This document shows positions 50,510-62,695 of a stretch of DNA of 62,777 bases, one piece after another. Each line of letters opens with the position of its first letter. Positions within the stretch are counted from its first letter, which is position 1. Position numbers and translations under genes: made by a program. This DNA comes from Cirrosporium novae-zelandiae. Its lineage: Eukaryota. The notes beneath the pieces are model-generated. The model had not been told where the DNA came from. It worked only from the letters and a program-made list of their open reading frames with translations, and did not search any database. The stretch is from positions 124,001 to 186,777 of the forward strand of contig JAPETS010000047.1 in assembly GCA_026023565.1 (NCBI GenBank). The letters run 5' to 3'.

Positions 50510-50820
50510 TACCAGAAGGTGGCTGCCGTGTCTCTAAGGTGAAACGCACGCGTAAACGTACTTGGTGTCGTCGCTTCCCTAGCCGTCGTAGGTGGAACTA
50601 TTGTGCACGCTTGAAACATAACTGCCTGCTGGTGGGTAGCAGCTTCCACTTATCCTGCATTTCTCATAATCAATTCAATTCCTTTAGATCCCTGCTGCGT
50701 TGTCAAGCGCTGTCTCCAATCTCATTGCTAGGAGTGAGGAGTACGTAGCCTGACCCTGTTGATGAGCGAGAGGCTCGTGCTTAACTTGGCTGAGCAGCTT
50801 GATTATCGCATGCGTAATAC
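50510..50820 (+). pseudogene. Relic of a small Cys-cluster (atypical Zn-finger) gene
   Basis: GCRVSK...WCRR...NYCARLKHNCLL, then an intron-like GTGGGT...TTTAG (~50632-50687) and IPAALSSAVSNL, followed by stops. Confidence 0.3.
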
Positions 50821-51871
50821 GGCTCCTGTCGCTACTGCATCAGTCATCTCTTCTGTGTGTTCCTCCCGCGGTAGTCCTGCTTCTTGTCTCGGGAGTGCTC
50901 CGCTCTTTGGGGGTCCCTTTATAGCCATTCTGTTGGGCGAGCTGGTGCATACAGTACGTATAAATGTTGAGGTGATCTGTGCTATTGTGTGTATATTTTT
51001 CTCATGCTTGTATCATCTCTGACTTCCCTAGAACAATATTCAAGCCCCTACGTGGTCCAATAAGGGACAAGAGGATAGGCTTGTAAATATCTCCCCTTCT
51101 GGTAATTCTAATACATACGCGTTTTGCCCTATTGCTAAAGACTCTTTCTTTCTAGTCCTAACCAAATAAAGAGTGCCCAAATCATCTTAATATAAATTCA
51201 CGCCCTCTTCCAATCCCAACACAATGCAAAGGTTCATTTGAAAGCAAGCTTTGCCGTAACGCCGGGGTATATAGTAATTTTGTATATCCGCCAATGTTTG
51301 ATAGACATTAATCTTATTTTGGAGGTGTTGAATCACTTTATCACCATATCTGGTATTACAACATTTTAAGATCAATCGTTGCCATTTTTTTTAATTAGGG
51401 AACAAGGATGGGCCTGAAGTTGCAAGCCATACAGGCCTCTCAGAATTGGCTGACAAATTTTTGGCGAGCCGAATAAGAATGCGTATTGGGGTTGATATAA
51501 AATTCAGAAAATCATTATAATCTTCCAATGAGTTAGTCAAATCAATAATCTCAATACTATCTTTTACCAGATCTGAAATTCAGATAGCCATCACTTTCTA
51601 AAGGGGGTGATGCTAGTTCTATAGAATAAATGCGTGAAGCTCAAAAAGGTTGGGAGAGAAAGGGCCTCCAGACTGTGTTGTGATTATATTGATGTTCCGG
51701 CATATTCCGTGCCAAAACTAGATAGTATAAAGGCCGGGAGCACGGACCAGTCGAGTGGTCACATGATTTATTTATGCGTTAGGCATTACATTATCAGCGG
51801 GAGAGGTTGATTTTTTGATAGATTATCCTTCAACTTGCAGTCTCTATGATATACAATTTGCTTCTTCTAAA

Positions 51872-54201
51872 ATGGGTTATTCTACAATTTGCTATCTCTG
51901 CGGACAGTACATTGATTCAACACGTGCTGGCCAAGGTAGTCAAGCATGGCAAGCTTATTTCCAAATTCTACAGCAACATGACGAGCACCATAATCGTCTT
52001 GTCGAACCGTCTGATACTTCGATACCTCCCGATACAAACGTTGTTCATGCCGCCTGTTGGGTCGTGGTGGCCAAAGTACTTGGATCTGCTACGATCAATG
52101 CAGATTGGTTAGAAAGATTCTATCGCTGTCTTCAAGACTTGAAGCCGTTTTTGAAATCTATACTTTCTTCTCATTCTCCTGAAGTCCTCGAGCCTAATCT
52201 CGAACATGAGTCGGATAACGATGAGCAAACTTTTCAGGTCGCAGAACGTGGCGCTACCATTTTTGGACACATTCCTATTGAAATAATCCAGATGATTTAC
52301 TCTTTTTTGGATTGTTATACAGATATCTATAATCTTCAACAACTGACAAACGTTGAACCGGACTATAAGATATGGTACATTCTTGGCCAAAAATATCAAG
52401 ATTATGATGCACACTTTGCCGAAGGGACTGAACAAAATCTTATTAATAAATTTCGACGAATTCTAGAAAATCTCCGCCAACGCCCAAGCTTTTTCCCTCA
52501 TACTCTCAACTATGGAACCGTATGGGATAACGTCAAAGTAGTCCTAAACAAGTTGGAAGATACATTGGCTGGAGAAAATTTTGACTCCAATATTCTCCAT
52601 TATAACGCAATATCCTCAGGATCCAGAACCAAATCTTTAAATAAGAAAATATCTTATTTTGACAGAACTTTGGGACTAACGATCAGATTCACTTACGTCG
52701 GTAATCGTAGATACTTATGTGGTTTTGGCTGTGACGGCGAAATCACAGGGTACAAAGGAGACTCGTTTTTTCAAATACCTAGTGCTTTTCATGGCCTACA
52801 ATTAGTGTCCGATGGAGAAGGGTTTATAGCTATTCAGATCTTATCTCAGACAGCAATACCAATCTACTGGCCGAAAGAATCTTCGGAGACAGGCTTTCAT
52901 AGCTTCATATTCGGACAATTGGAGTGGCCTTACGACCAAAATATCGTTACTCTTATTATTTCTTTAGATGTAAGTATCTGCAGTGATCTGTGTTTTTTCG
53001 TATACTAATATATAAAAGTCATACAAAATATGCGGGCTCTCGAAAAAAACAGAAGATACGATAAATTTATGCCGTCCAACAAGCGTATGGCAATCAAGCT
53101 TTCCACCGCAGAACCTTCGACCTGCCGTTATTGTAAACCACCATTCCAATTCTTCTACATGGCCTTATATGTTTTTCATTAAAGATTTAAATACGAGCAT
53201 TGCAGTCAGCGCGTTCGTTGACCTTGAAACCCGATCTATATCCGGATTTGAATTTATTTTCAGCTCCTCTGTTCAACGTCTCGGCCACATACAATCATTG
53301 GCAGTCAAATTGTCCTATCATCTTGATATAGAAAGAGAGGAGAAATTCCTCTGGCTAACTTGCGCAGACAAACATTCTCACAAAAACAAAGGAATTACTG
53401 TAAAAGTAAGTACACCAAAAATTATTTTAATTTAAACTTATTAATATTTTTAGATTTTTACAAGTCTTGGTCGTACTATTATTTTTGGAGACGAAACCCT
53501 TACCACGTGGGCGCCGGGTTCATCCTGCAAAAATGGTATCTTCTGCGCATCCGAAGTCAGTGCTTCCCCACCTAACTTCGAATATGGGTTAATTATTTTA
53601 GATTTTCGATAAATATTGCCTTTCCGTTTTCGGGACATTTTTCAATGAAAGCGATGAGCCCGAGCAATCCGTCGAACTTCTACAACCGGACATATCCATC
53701 GTATGGGAAACGCAAACTGTCAAGTTTGATGGGTATATCATGCCTACTCTGGCGTTCCTTTCTACGGCTAGCCTTTCTTCCATATCAAAAATCACTATAT
53801 ACACCGATGACTGCAGCGAAAAATATCTTTCTGGGATGAAGATTTTCCATACAGATAAAAGCCCTGAAATTTTAGGAGAAGCTCGAGAAGAATATCGGAC
53901 TATTCGTCTCGAAGAATCGCTACGGCATATCTTGATATACTATACAATCAACTATTCAACTTGTTACAGAATTCAAGGCCTAGTCTTTACTTGTCCGTCA
54001 AAAAGCTATAAGGTTGGGTTATGCAAAGGACCACTGCAAGAACTTCTAGAGATTACCACTGTTTGTTATTTCTAATCTGCCCCATTGACCTTATAACTGA
54101 TGTAATCCAAGGATCTACCTCAATTATATTGGATTTTTGATCGATCGTTCTCATACCTCAGCTTGTCGTTAGACGACATAACTTTGAAAGTTGCCTCCTA
54201 G
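51872..54201 (+). CDS. F-box-like protein with repeated beta-rich C-terminal modules (DUF7600-like)
   Basis: N-terminal CYLCG...HAACW; F-box-like FGHIPIEIIQMIYSFL; repeated YLCGF / ISGFEF / YLSGM / IQGLVF strands. About four introns; stop at 54199-54201. Confidence 0.7.
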
Positions 54202-54515
54202 CCGGGACCAGTTACAAGAAATGACGAGTAGGTAAGATGGTATAGCGGACAGTCTTCTTCCTAAGTACTTCGCAGCTGTATGTAAGAATGAAACCTATCC
54301 TAAGATTTATAGAAATCAAAAAAGGGCTCAGTGACCTGAGTTGATAAATGTGGAGTCTGCGGCTTGCAAGCAGGAGTTAGGCTACATATGAAGGGAGGAT
54401 ATAGGGTAGCATATGGCAAGATGGTAGTAGTATTGCTATTGAAAAGAGATATCTATTGAGGTTGTAGTTTTTTATATGTGGATGCTATTACACTAATGTA
54501 ACGGCATACCAAGCA

Positions 54516-54604
54516 TATGCGCTTCGTAGGCGCATAGGCGAGGCTTGGCGAGTGGCCAAACCCTTATGTAGGAGAACGCTGCTTGATTCATCAAGGCAGC
54601 GTTC
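54516..54604. other. Three consecutive stem-loops in a convergent intergenic region
   Basis: TATGCGC/GCGCATA (54516-54536), TTGGC/GCCAA (54545-54559), GAACGCTGCTTGAT/ATCAAGGCAGCGTTC (54574-54604; 14 bp with one bulge). Confidence 0.5.
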
Positions 54605-55044
54605 GACTTTTGTATCTACAGAAGGAGCACTTCGAAAGCTATCATCATTACTTGCGTCTTGCATGCGAATAGCACGTTGTACCTATTAGTTATATATTCC
54701 ATTGCCTCACTAGTCTACCACACTGCCTGTATCAAGCGCTGCCTTCACAACTAACCCGATATGGCTAACCGTAGTGGAAGGTCCTACACAGGATTCTTAA
54801 ACAAAATATATTGTAGAAGGATATTATATTCAAAAACCTGTTACCTGGCTAAAGGGCTTTGAGTTGAACACGGATAACTATATAGAAGGCTAGATAACGA
54901 GTATCCTCCTATATAATTCTCATCACCCTATTTACGACATTTAGGGTTAAGAAGAAGGCTGCCTGTTACGTGCAGCTCCAGGTTTAATAGCGAGTACTCA
55001 AACTTCTGAAAGTGAGAAGATTCAAGCTTGAATTATTTGCATCC

Positions 55045-55102
55045 CTGATGTTAGATCAGAAAAAGTATACTTGATGTTGGATCAGAAAAAGCATGCTTGA
55101 TG
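55045..55102. repeat. 26-bp tandem repeat (2.2 copies)
   Basis: CTGATGTTAGATCAGAAAAAGTATAC / TTGATGTTGGATCAGAAAAAGCATGC / TTGATG. All differences are transitions. Confidence 0.85.
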
Positions 55103-55167
55103 CCAGGCAATTCAACGGCTTCGGTTGCTTCCATTAGAGAAAGTCTAGTTAGAATATCCAATCCCCT

Positions 55168-55680
55168 TTAGAAGACATTTGAAGCTTTGATCATGTTGGC
55201 GAGTGTGACGATAGTCGTCGAAGAAAACTTTGGATCCAAATAATCAACGGCTAAGGCTCTTAATACGGTGGGGTTCTGAGCCCGCACTTCGTAAAACATT
55301 GCCTTCACTCCTACCACCCGCATAGCGAAAACCTTGGTCTGACCTTTGGGTCTTCCTTCCGCAAGAGCTTCGTTGGCATAACCAAGCACCTGATAGTCTG
55401 CACTGATGTCTTGGCTTGCGGTCTGGTACTGGGGCTTCCCCTCAACAACAATGAGCTCAATAAATCTCCCAGTAGGGTAAAATTTTCGGATAATGAAGTC
55501 CGGTCTCTGTCCCGATGGTTGGCGTTTATTAGGGATAATGACAGTGTCATCCGCCTGAAATAGGTTATGTAAAATGGTATCCCATAACCCTATAGTTGAG
55601 TCCTCCAAGGGATCCTCCTCAGCGAACTTGTACATGTGAGCAAGAGCGTTGGTGTTGATCAAGCCGCCTTGAGATGCCAT
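55168..55680 (-). CDS. Stand-alone PD-(D/E)xK (restriction-endonuclease-fold) nuclease-like protein
   Basis: Intronless 170 aa (alternative ATG at 55716). RPDFII...VVEGK...QVLGY matches PD, ExK and QxxxY motifs. Confidence 0.7.
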   Translation of the reverse strand: MASQGGLINTNALAHMYKFAEEDPLEDSTIGLWDTILHNLFQADDTVIIPNKRQPSGQRPDFIIRKFYPTGRFIELIVVEGKPQYQTASQDISADYQVLGYANEALAEGRPKGQTKVFAMRVVGVKAMFYEVRAQNPTVLRALAVDYLDPKFSSTTIVTLANMIKASNVF

Positions 55681-57217
55681 GGCTGGAGTAAATAGTATCA
55701 CGGTCCTGTTAACCATGTCAGCTAAAGAGTAAAAATAAATACCAGTGGCAGACTAACTGACCGTGGGATGGTATTTCTAAGGATAGAGTCTGGCTGTTTA
55801 CTTCGCTGGCATCCCCGGCTTTTATAGAATTTCTAGCTAGGTTACAATATACTAAAGAAAGAGCGCGATATGTCGAACATTTCACAGGTAAAGAGAACTT
55901 CGAAATACTCGAAAGAGTTGAGCGAATTTGGCTATTTGCTGTAAGCAAAATCATTTTACATGATAATATGTAAGAAATCAATGTAGATTGTGTTTATCTA
56001 AAAGCCGAATATTCCTTCTTTGATTTCATGAGTGTTATATTCTCCCGTGTGGAGCATACCGTCAGCGTATGCGTGTGCTGAGGGTGCTCGTATACGGCTA
56101 TAGATAATGCAAAGAGTGATATCCTTCTTATTCAGGCTCGTTTAAGGATGGTTGTTTCGGGACAGCAATTAAATGTGGCCTATAATATTCGACTGAGAAT
56201 GAAGTCACGGAAGCTGTTCCTTAAGCCCCCCGATTCGAAAGCATGCGTAACACCCAAGTTAGTCTGCTGCTCATCACCAACTCGTTAATCATTCGACTTA
56301 CAGAGATTATCGGTACTCTTCAGGAGACCAATCCAGTCACGGCAGGCTCGGACGACATGTCGAATATTTTACTTCGTTAGGGAAGGGCATTAATTCACGA
56401 ATGCGTTGCGGACCCTGAAGGAGGGTCTGATCTTGATCTGTACGTGACAGTGATTTGTACGTTCAAGGGAGATACATAACCTATGAATCGTCCTACATGA
56501 ACGATCTGGGGTGCAGAACTGAGGCTGCCGTTTTCACAGAGCCTTTCTTCTAGGGATAACAATATCCCGATCTACCCTAACCGAATTTACGAATACGTGG
56601 TATTAGCGAGCCCCTCCAGAGCCTCTCTAAAAAGATTTTTAGCAGATATAGCATCTGACATCACAGTCACCCTAACAGTTCTCCATGCCCCTCACTCCTA
56701 AGTCATTAATTTTTTTTTCTGCCGTTACTGGTGAAGGACAGGGGTTCTTGGCACGGATAGTTCCTCCTCCTAATCAAGTCCAAAACCACATCGATATCTG
56801 AAAACAGACACACGTGACCTCAGCGGATTCAACTTGGCTTCCCTACCGAGGCAGGTACTGATACCAGACACCACGAAAAGGTGTGAGTCCGTTGTCCTAT
56901 CAGTCATTCAAAAGTAGATCTTCAAGTGCCCTGTTGTCCGTCTTAAGGTAGTTTTTGACTTTTGGCAAATTGTTTTATCTAATTGCTTGAATAATCTCAG
57001 CTGTACTTTACCATAACTTAGCTAAATTATAAATAACTGGCTTATCCTCAAACAGTAATAGTGTATGTTATACTGTCCTATGTTCAGATCACGTGGTGAA
57101 CTTAAAGATTTTCTGCCGTAACTTACCGACGGTCGCTTGCAGGATCTCAGTGCTTGCTTGACCCTCCATGCCATAACAATGATTCTCATCGATAAAAGTC
57201 CACAGAGGTTTTGCATA

Positions 57218-57764
57218 ATGTCGGCGCAAGATCAAATCAAGATCGTTTATCCTTGCACGAAAGTGAAACTATTAGGTCGATTTCCCCCGGAACTTGTTGA
57301 GAAGGCTCGAAAAGATATTGAACATGTCGTTGCAACTGCACCGCTTCCCCCACCTTCTGCCAAAAACGCCGCTTTATTTTTCTCATCCGAAAGTCAGGGA
57401 GATCTAGTGTCTCAGATTGAAGTTCAGTATCAGAAGGCTAGTCACAGTACTTTTTATCATTGTTATACTTCTCTAACAGTATGTATAGATCACATTGACA
57501 ACCAAACAACTACACCACTCCTATGGCGCAGTCTTTTTTGAAGGAGATTCGATTGTGGGGACGAAGTTCTCCTCCATAGTTGTCCCTCTCGTCGTAACTG
57601 GAAGTCCAGTAGTCAGGATGAAGGATCCTCAAAAGACCTCCGAAGAAGATCATGAGAATATTGATTGGAACGGATCCGAATTTTTTTACGTGGGCGGACA
57701 GGTTATCTTTAAAGTTTCTGGGAATGGGCGACTTGGAGCTTTGGTTGTGAGCTTTGAAAGATAG
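57218..57764 (+). CDS. Hypothetical protein (two exons, probable GC-AG intron)
   Basis: ORFs 57137-57541 and 57495-57764 join in frame through AAG|GCTAGT...CTAAC...TAG (57437-57488). Confidence 0.5.
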
Positions 57765-57865
57765 CTCATGTATTGGAATTTACAGAATACGATTTTTACG
57801 AATGGAATATTATCTAATAGGTTAACCATCTTCCGGATCAACTCAAGTATACTATCCTAGATATT

Positions 57866-59833
57866 TTAAATTAATGAGGTGGTCTGCTGAGCATATGGAT
57901 CATATGGGTCCCAAAAGTTGAGATCACAGTCCGTGACTGCCGAAACATCGGCCGAAGTCCAAGATGAAAGGTCAAAGTCGATGCTTCGGTTCAAAACATT
58001 AATTGTGTTCCAAGACGAAATATCGAAGTCAGTGGATCGAAATGAAGAGTCTCTGGTCCCAGCGAGTGGCATAGGAGGATTTGCATTTGTATATTGTTGT
58101 TCGGATTGAATATGGCTCTGGTCTTGTGATGAATGTGATGTAAATGGCATTGTTGCTATCTGGTCATTTGCGTAGAACTGCGTTTCATAAAGTGGCTCTT
58201 CCAGAGAATCTAATAATATGGTTAGCCAGTTGCTTGAGACAACTTTCAGTGCTTGACATTATCCTTATGATAAGACTATAAGGCGACTGGGATCAAGCGT
58301 ACTGGTTGCAGTGGTAGAGTGGAACATGCTGTTCAGCCCTTGATCCGTATTGGGTACGCGATTTTGGATGGCATATTGAGAAAGACCATCCTGTGTGCAT
58401 TCATCCGAGTTAGATGTATTATTTTGCAAAGGTGGATTTCCATCGTCTGGAAATCGAAGCGGGATATCCTGTGTTTGCGGATTATGAGTAGAAATTGGGC
58501 AGTCTTGGGACAAGCTATGGTCTTGTTGCGAAGTCGGACCTTTTCCGCTGTTCGGTTGCACAGATTGTGGTACTTGATCATCGCTAGATGCGCCAATATT
58601 ATACCGAACTGGCTGCTCAATGGTTTCTTGAGACTCGGTAATTGCAACGGTAGCCACTCGTACGTGTGTTGGATTTTCTTGATCTGGACGATGATCTTGA
58701 CCATTACTTAGTATCTAATATATGTTGTCGGGGTGTGGAATACATACTGGAATTGGCAACATCCAAGCGCGGGTGTTTTACCTTCGGTTGAGGAAAAGAA
58801 GAAACTCGCTTTCTAATATTCGGTTGAAGTTTTTTATGCTGTTCTTTAAAGATATTAGTTGCCGTTCATATACCCATTGTACAACAGCAAACTTACCTAG
58901 ATAAAGTGCCTCGCATGTTTCGAACCATTGTGATTTCTGCTCTGCGAGATCATAAAGTCTCGAAAAGGACTCGCTCTGCAGCAACGGCCTCAAATAATTC
59001 ATTTCATTCTGCTTCAGTCTTGAACAGTCGTGGTGAGCAAAGGCCAATAGTGCTAATATTCCGCGAAACCCGACCAACTTTTCTATGCTGCATAGTTTTA
59101 TGCCATGTTGGATCCCTCGTGTTGCCACTTCTTTAAGGTTAAAATGACTTGAACGTACGTATTGATTGATATGACCTGTGCGACCATTTATTTTGGATGG
59201 ATTTTCTATTAGCTCAACCACCTTCGAAGACTCGAAGGTGGTAGCCTCCCATTCCAGGTAATCTAGAGCCAAAGACCGCCTACTGAGCAGTTTTCGAAAT
59301 AATGCTTGATCGTCTTGGGGAGAAGCCGTGTCGTTAAATGTAAGGTCAATGACACGGCTGTCGTCGTTTAGCCACCTTGGCTCGCCAATGGCTTCGGGTT
59401 CGTCCTTCTTCAAGTAATCAAATATTCGATCATATCTTTTTTCTAGTTTTTTGAGCAAGCCTTTGCATGCTTTGTTTTCGGGATCTTCATTGCGAGTATT
59501 AAGGGGAGATAAAGATATAGTGCTATCCTCAGTTGAAATCGTATCGCAGCAACTTAAGGAAACTGAAATTTCACCACGGTTGTCGGGAGAGGGAGGACGC
59601 GGTTGACGACCTTCTGAAGAGGATAAGGGACTTCTAAATTGGTTCCTTGGAGGAGGTGTAGAAGCAGCATTGTTTCTAGCAGATGAAAGGCCCGCATCGA
59701 TAATCAAAGAGAGCTTTTGAAGTTTCGTGAATGTGAGAATTACTTTGGATCGATGAGACTGAAAGGCTTCTTCAGGAGCATTGCAAAGAATATTCAATGC
59801 AGTTGAGATAGCCTTAGATTCATTCTCATGCAT
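57866..59833 (-). CDS. Hypothetical multi-exon protein with helical core and disordered C-terminus
   Basis: Long ORF 58778-59875 (SRRSLALDYLEWE...GHINQY...GIQHGIKL), GTAAGT donor at ~58897, downstream ORFs 58265-58657 and 57866-58150 flanked by splice signals. Confidence 0.6.
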
Positions 59834-60465
59834 TGTGGGAGGTGGTGAATTGGAAGGCTGGAAGAAGAAAAACATTCAGGGCAATGGGCTCGGGGAGTTC
59901 ATGAGTCCTCGAAGTTTGTTCGTAACATCAAGGATGGAACGCCACTATCGCTTAGAAAATGACAAGCGCCAATAGAAGAACAAAGAAGCATCGCGCGCGA
60001 CGCTTCTCTTGATGTTGAATGGCTCTGTCCTGAGAAGCTACCCCACCTTGGCCGGGTAGATGAACTAATGGTAAAGTGTGCTCAAGGATGCCAATTTTGG
60101 ATTACGGGAACAGGCCCTAGCCATTTATCCTATTTCATACATGAGGTTCTACACCAGAACTCCACACTACAATACTCAAGGAATTTCTTGCAATGGAGCT
60201 CCTATGATAGCCCTATAGCTTTGATGGCGTGTTGACAGCTGTAATATCAAACATGCTTGCAAAACAACTCCTTTCCTGATCGCAAGAATCGTTCATTTCC
60301 TTTCGTTGTTATATATACAATCTTTGAACAACAAGGCTGTCATTCACTATTTCTTTTTCAGATTGACTGTGTTGCCCGGTTTCTATATGTTGCCAATCCT
60401 CGTCTGCCTTCTTTTGCTCTTTGCTCACCGCATCCCCATTTCTTGGTAGAGAACTTCCAGACGAC

Positions 60466-61266
60466 ATGTCCTCCACGAGTCGTTTCTCCCTAGCCCTCTC
60501 TTTGGTTATTTTTTTATGCACATGCTTCCTTCTAGTCAGTGCCGTGCAACCGCAGCCGCAGCTACATCACCGAATGATAGAACCCTTGTTGTGCATAATC
60601 CTCGTTCTTATTGCCATTGGATTGATCGTCTTGGATAGGTTACTATTTGGGAACAACGGCAATGGCAAGACAACCCTTTTCCTATGGTGATAGCACTCTA
60701 ATTAGGTAGACGATGAAAGGATTCAATGCGGTTATTCTTCGCTGTTACTAGTTTACACACCAATACTATTATTTTATAAAATATGACACTTCTTTGTTAT
60801 TGATGGTGATATACTGAAGCTAATTATTCGAAAGATAAAAATTTTTTGGGATATCACCTACCAATACCTCAACAAAAAACTGTCAGCTGTTTTCATATTA
60901 TTGGGTCTAACAGTCTTCCTTGAAATTATTGCTTTTGGGTACGTCAATCTGAGTCACCCTAATCACGGATGATATTTACCAATATGCAGTATCGCATTTA
61001 TCCAATCAAAAGTCGCTTTTATAATGACGATCCTTGTTGATTGTAGTGCATATACTTTTATCAGTATTGGTTATTTTCTGGTTTCCTTGAAATTCTCTTC
61101 CCAAAATCATAGTCCCCTTTCAATATGTCAATGCAGTACCTGTCTATGTCTGTTGGTGGCTTGTCTAACAGGAATATTTTTGGGGCTGTACTGGGGAGGC
61201 CGAATCGATGGCGGAATACGGCCTTCTCTTTTGGTAAACTCAAGACCAGATCAGGGATCCGAATAG
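60466..61266 (+). pseudogene. Degenerate multi-pass membrane protein gene
   Basis: Several hydrophobic segments (LALSLVIFLCTCFLLV, LSAVFILLGLTVFLEIIAF, LCLLVACLTGIFLGLYW) and an intron-like GTACGT...CTAAT...CAG. The middle is broken by stops. Confidence 0.35.
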
Positions 61267-61795
61267 AATACTGAAACCGTTATTATAGATCCTCCTCGTA
61301 TGCGCTAGTTTATATGCTGTTCGCTGGCCGGCTTACAAATTCAATGCGAAAATTAAGAGGGGTGGTGGTTTCAATCTGAGGTGCAAGGGATTGCCTACAT
61401 CACAAAGACCCGATGATAAGACGGAGTTGGCTAAGTTAGAAAGTGTTAGTGACTCCAATGTAGCGTTTGTCTAAAAGCAAAGGTCCACAATCCGGATCAA
61501 ATATCTTGTGTCATATTATTTCGCTATTTTACCCACCTTCTTGATACGATTTTTTTGAAATTTGTCTACCTGATGTCCATTTTTAAATATTCCACGAGAT
61601 AGCATTTGTCCGCTCGAGCTTGTTTCTTCAGACAATCTCTATATTCAATCAATCTATAAGCCCGCAAATTTCTTCCCTAAAGCTTTCTCTCATTGTCTTT
61701 CTACCTATCATCCTCTTCATCATCTAGTCTATCCCGTGTGTAGATCATCCATCATATTCTAGTTCATTGTACCTTATGATATCTTGATCAAAGAT

Positions 61796-62300
61796 TTAAT
61801 TCCTAAATCCCAACACACGGACTGTACCAATCGTTTGGCAAACTAATATTTTCTTCCCGTAGAACAATGCTGCCTCAACGGTAATAAGGCCCACTTTCAA
61901 TAGTTTGAACTATACTGTTACCTGTCGACCTCCATTCGCGTTTGGATCAATACTATCACATCGTTTCTTTGACTCAGACTTTCCCTTTGGTGATATTTTA
62001 ATCCAGAAGTCCGCTACATCTTTATTATCCTTAAAGCCCGAAACACCGATGGTGACCTCGACTTCTTTTCCAACAGTAATTTCCTCGGGTAAGTTGATTG
62101 CGTATAGCGTGGGGCCTGTAGGAATTTGGGCAAGTGGGCGCTGGGGCTGTGGAAAATTTAGCAGGGCACGTCTTAAGGTGGGTGACAGCACACGCCTTGG
62201 ACAGCGTTTGAACTTATCTGCAAGTGTAAGTGGATGCTAAAGAAGCTTTCAAAACCATTCATACCAGAAGACCTAAGATTGAGAGATACTATCGTTGGTT
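61796..62300 (-). pseudogene. Spliced gene relic with in-frame TAG, beta-sandwich-like C-terminus
   Basis: ...EEITVGKEVEVTIGV...GRQVTV*FKLLKVGLITVEAALFYGKKILVCQTIGTVRVLGFRN*. Intron GTATGA(62263)...CAG(62219). The upstream part is stop-rich. Confidence 0.4.
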
Positions 62301-62695
62301 TATGAGCTATATCAATATGTATTCTATCGAAGTAGAACAATGTCTTCACTTTTGTAGCACCATTTTATAATTTCAGACCCTGATATCAATTGCTATCTCA
62401 ATCTCCTAGAAACTATAGCCGAGCTGGGCTTCCACTTGCTTCTTTAGAGCTGATATCTCCTATGATTTTCCTCCTTTTACTATCCGAGATTGTTAATCCG
62501 AATATATGATTGTGTCTTCTATCTAGAGAAGCTTAGATATTATCATGTTGAATTATACCCGAGATTTTGATTAATATTTCCTATACCCCTACAAGCCATT
62601 GTTAATCTTTTTTTGATATTTCCTCACATGTGGTCTCCTGTAATCAAGTTTTTCCATGGCCTGGACCTAATATTTTCGACAACGCAATAATCAGA

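Noticed and set aside
54941..54949. TTAGGGTTA (telomerase template / telomere-like; also at 29854)
   Set aside because: Isolated 9-10-mers are expected by chance. No array and no recognisable telomerase RNA domains.
55045..55102. CRISPR-like repeats next to a nuclease
   Set aside because: Head-to-tail tandem copies without spacers, in a eukaryotic context.
56070..56115. TPP riboswitch-like words (CTGAG...TATACGGC...GATAATGC)
   Set aside because: The conserved AACTTGATC/P4-P5 core is missing and no thiamine gene is adjacent.
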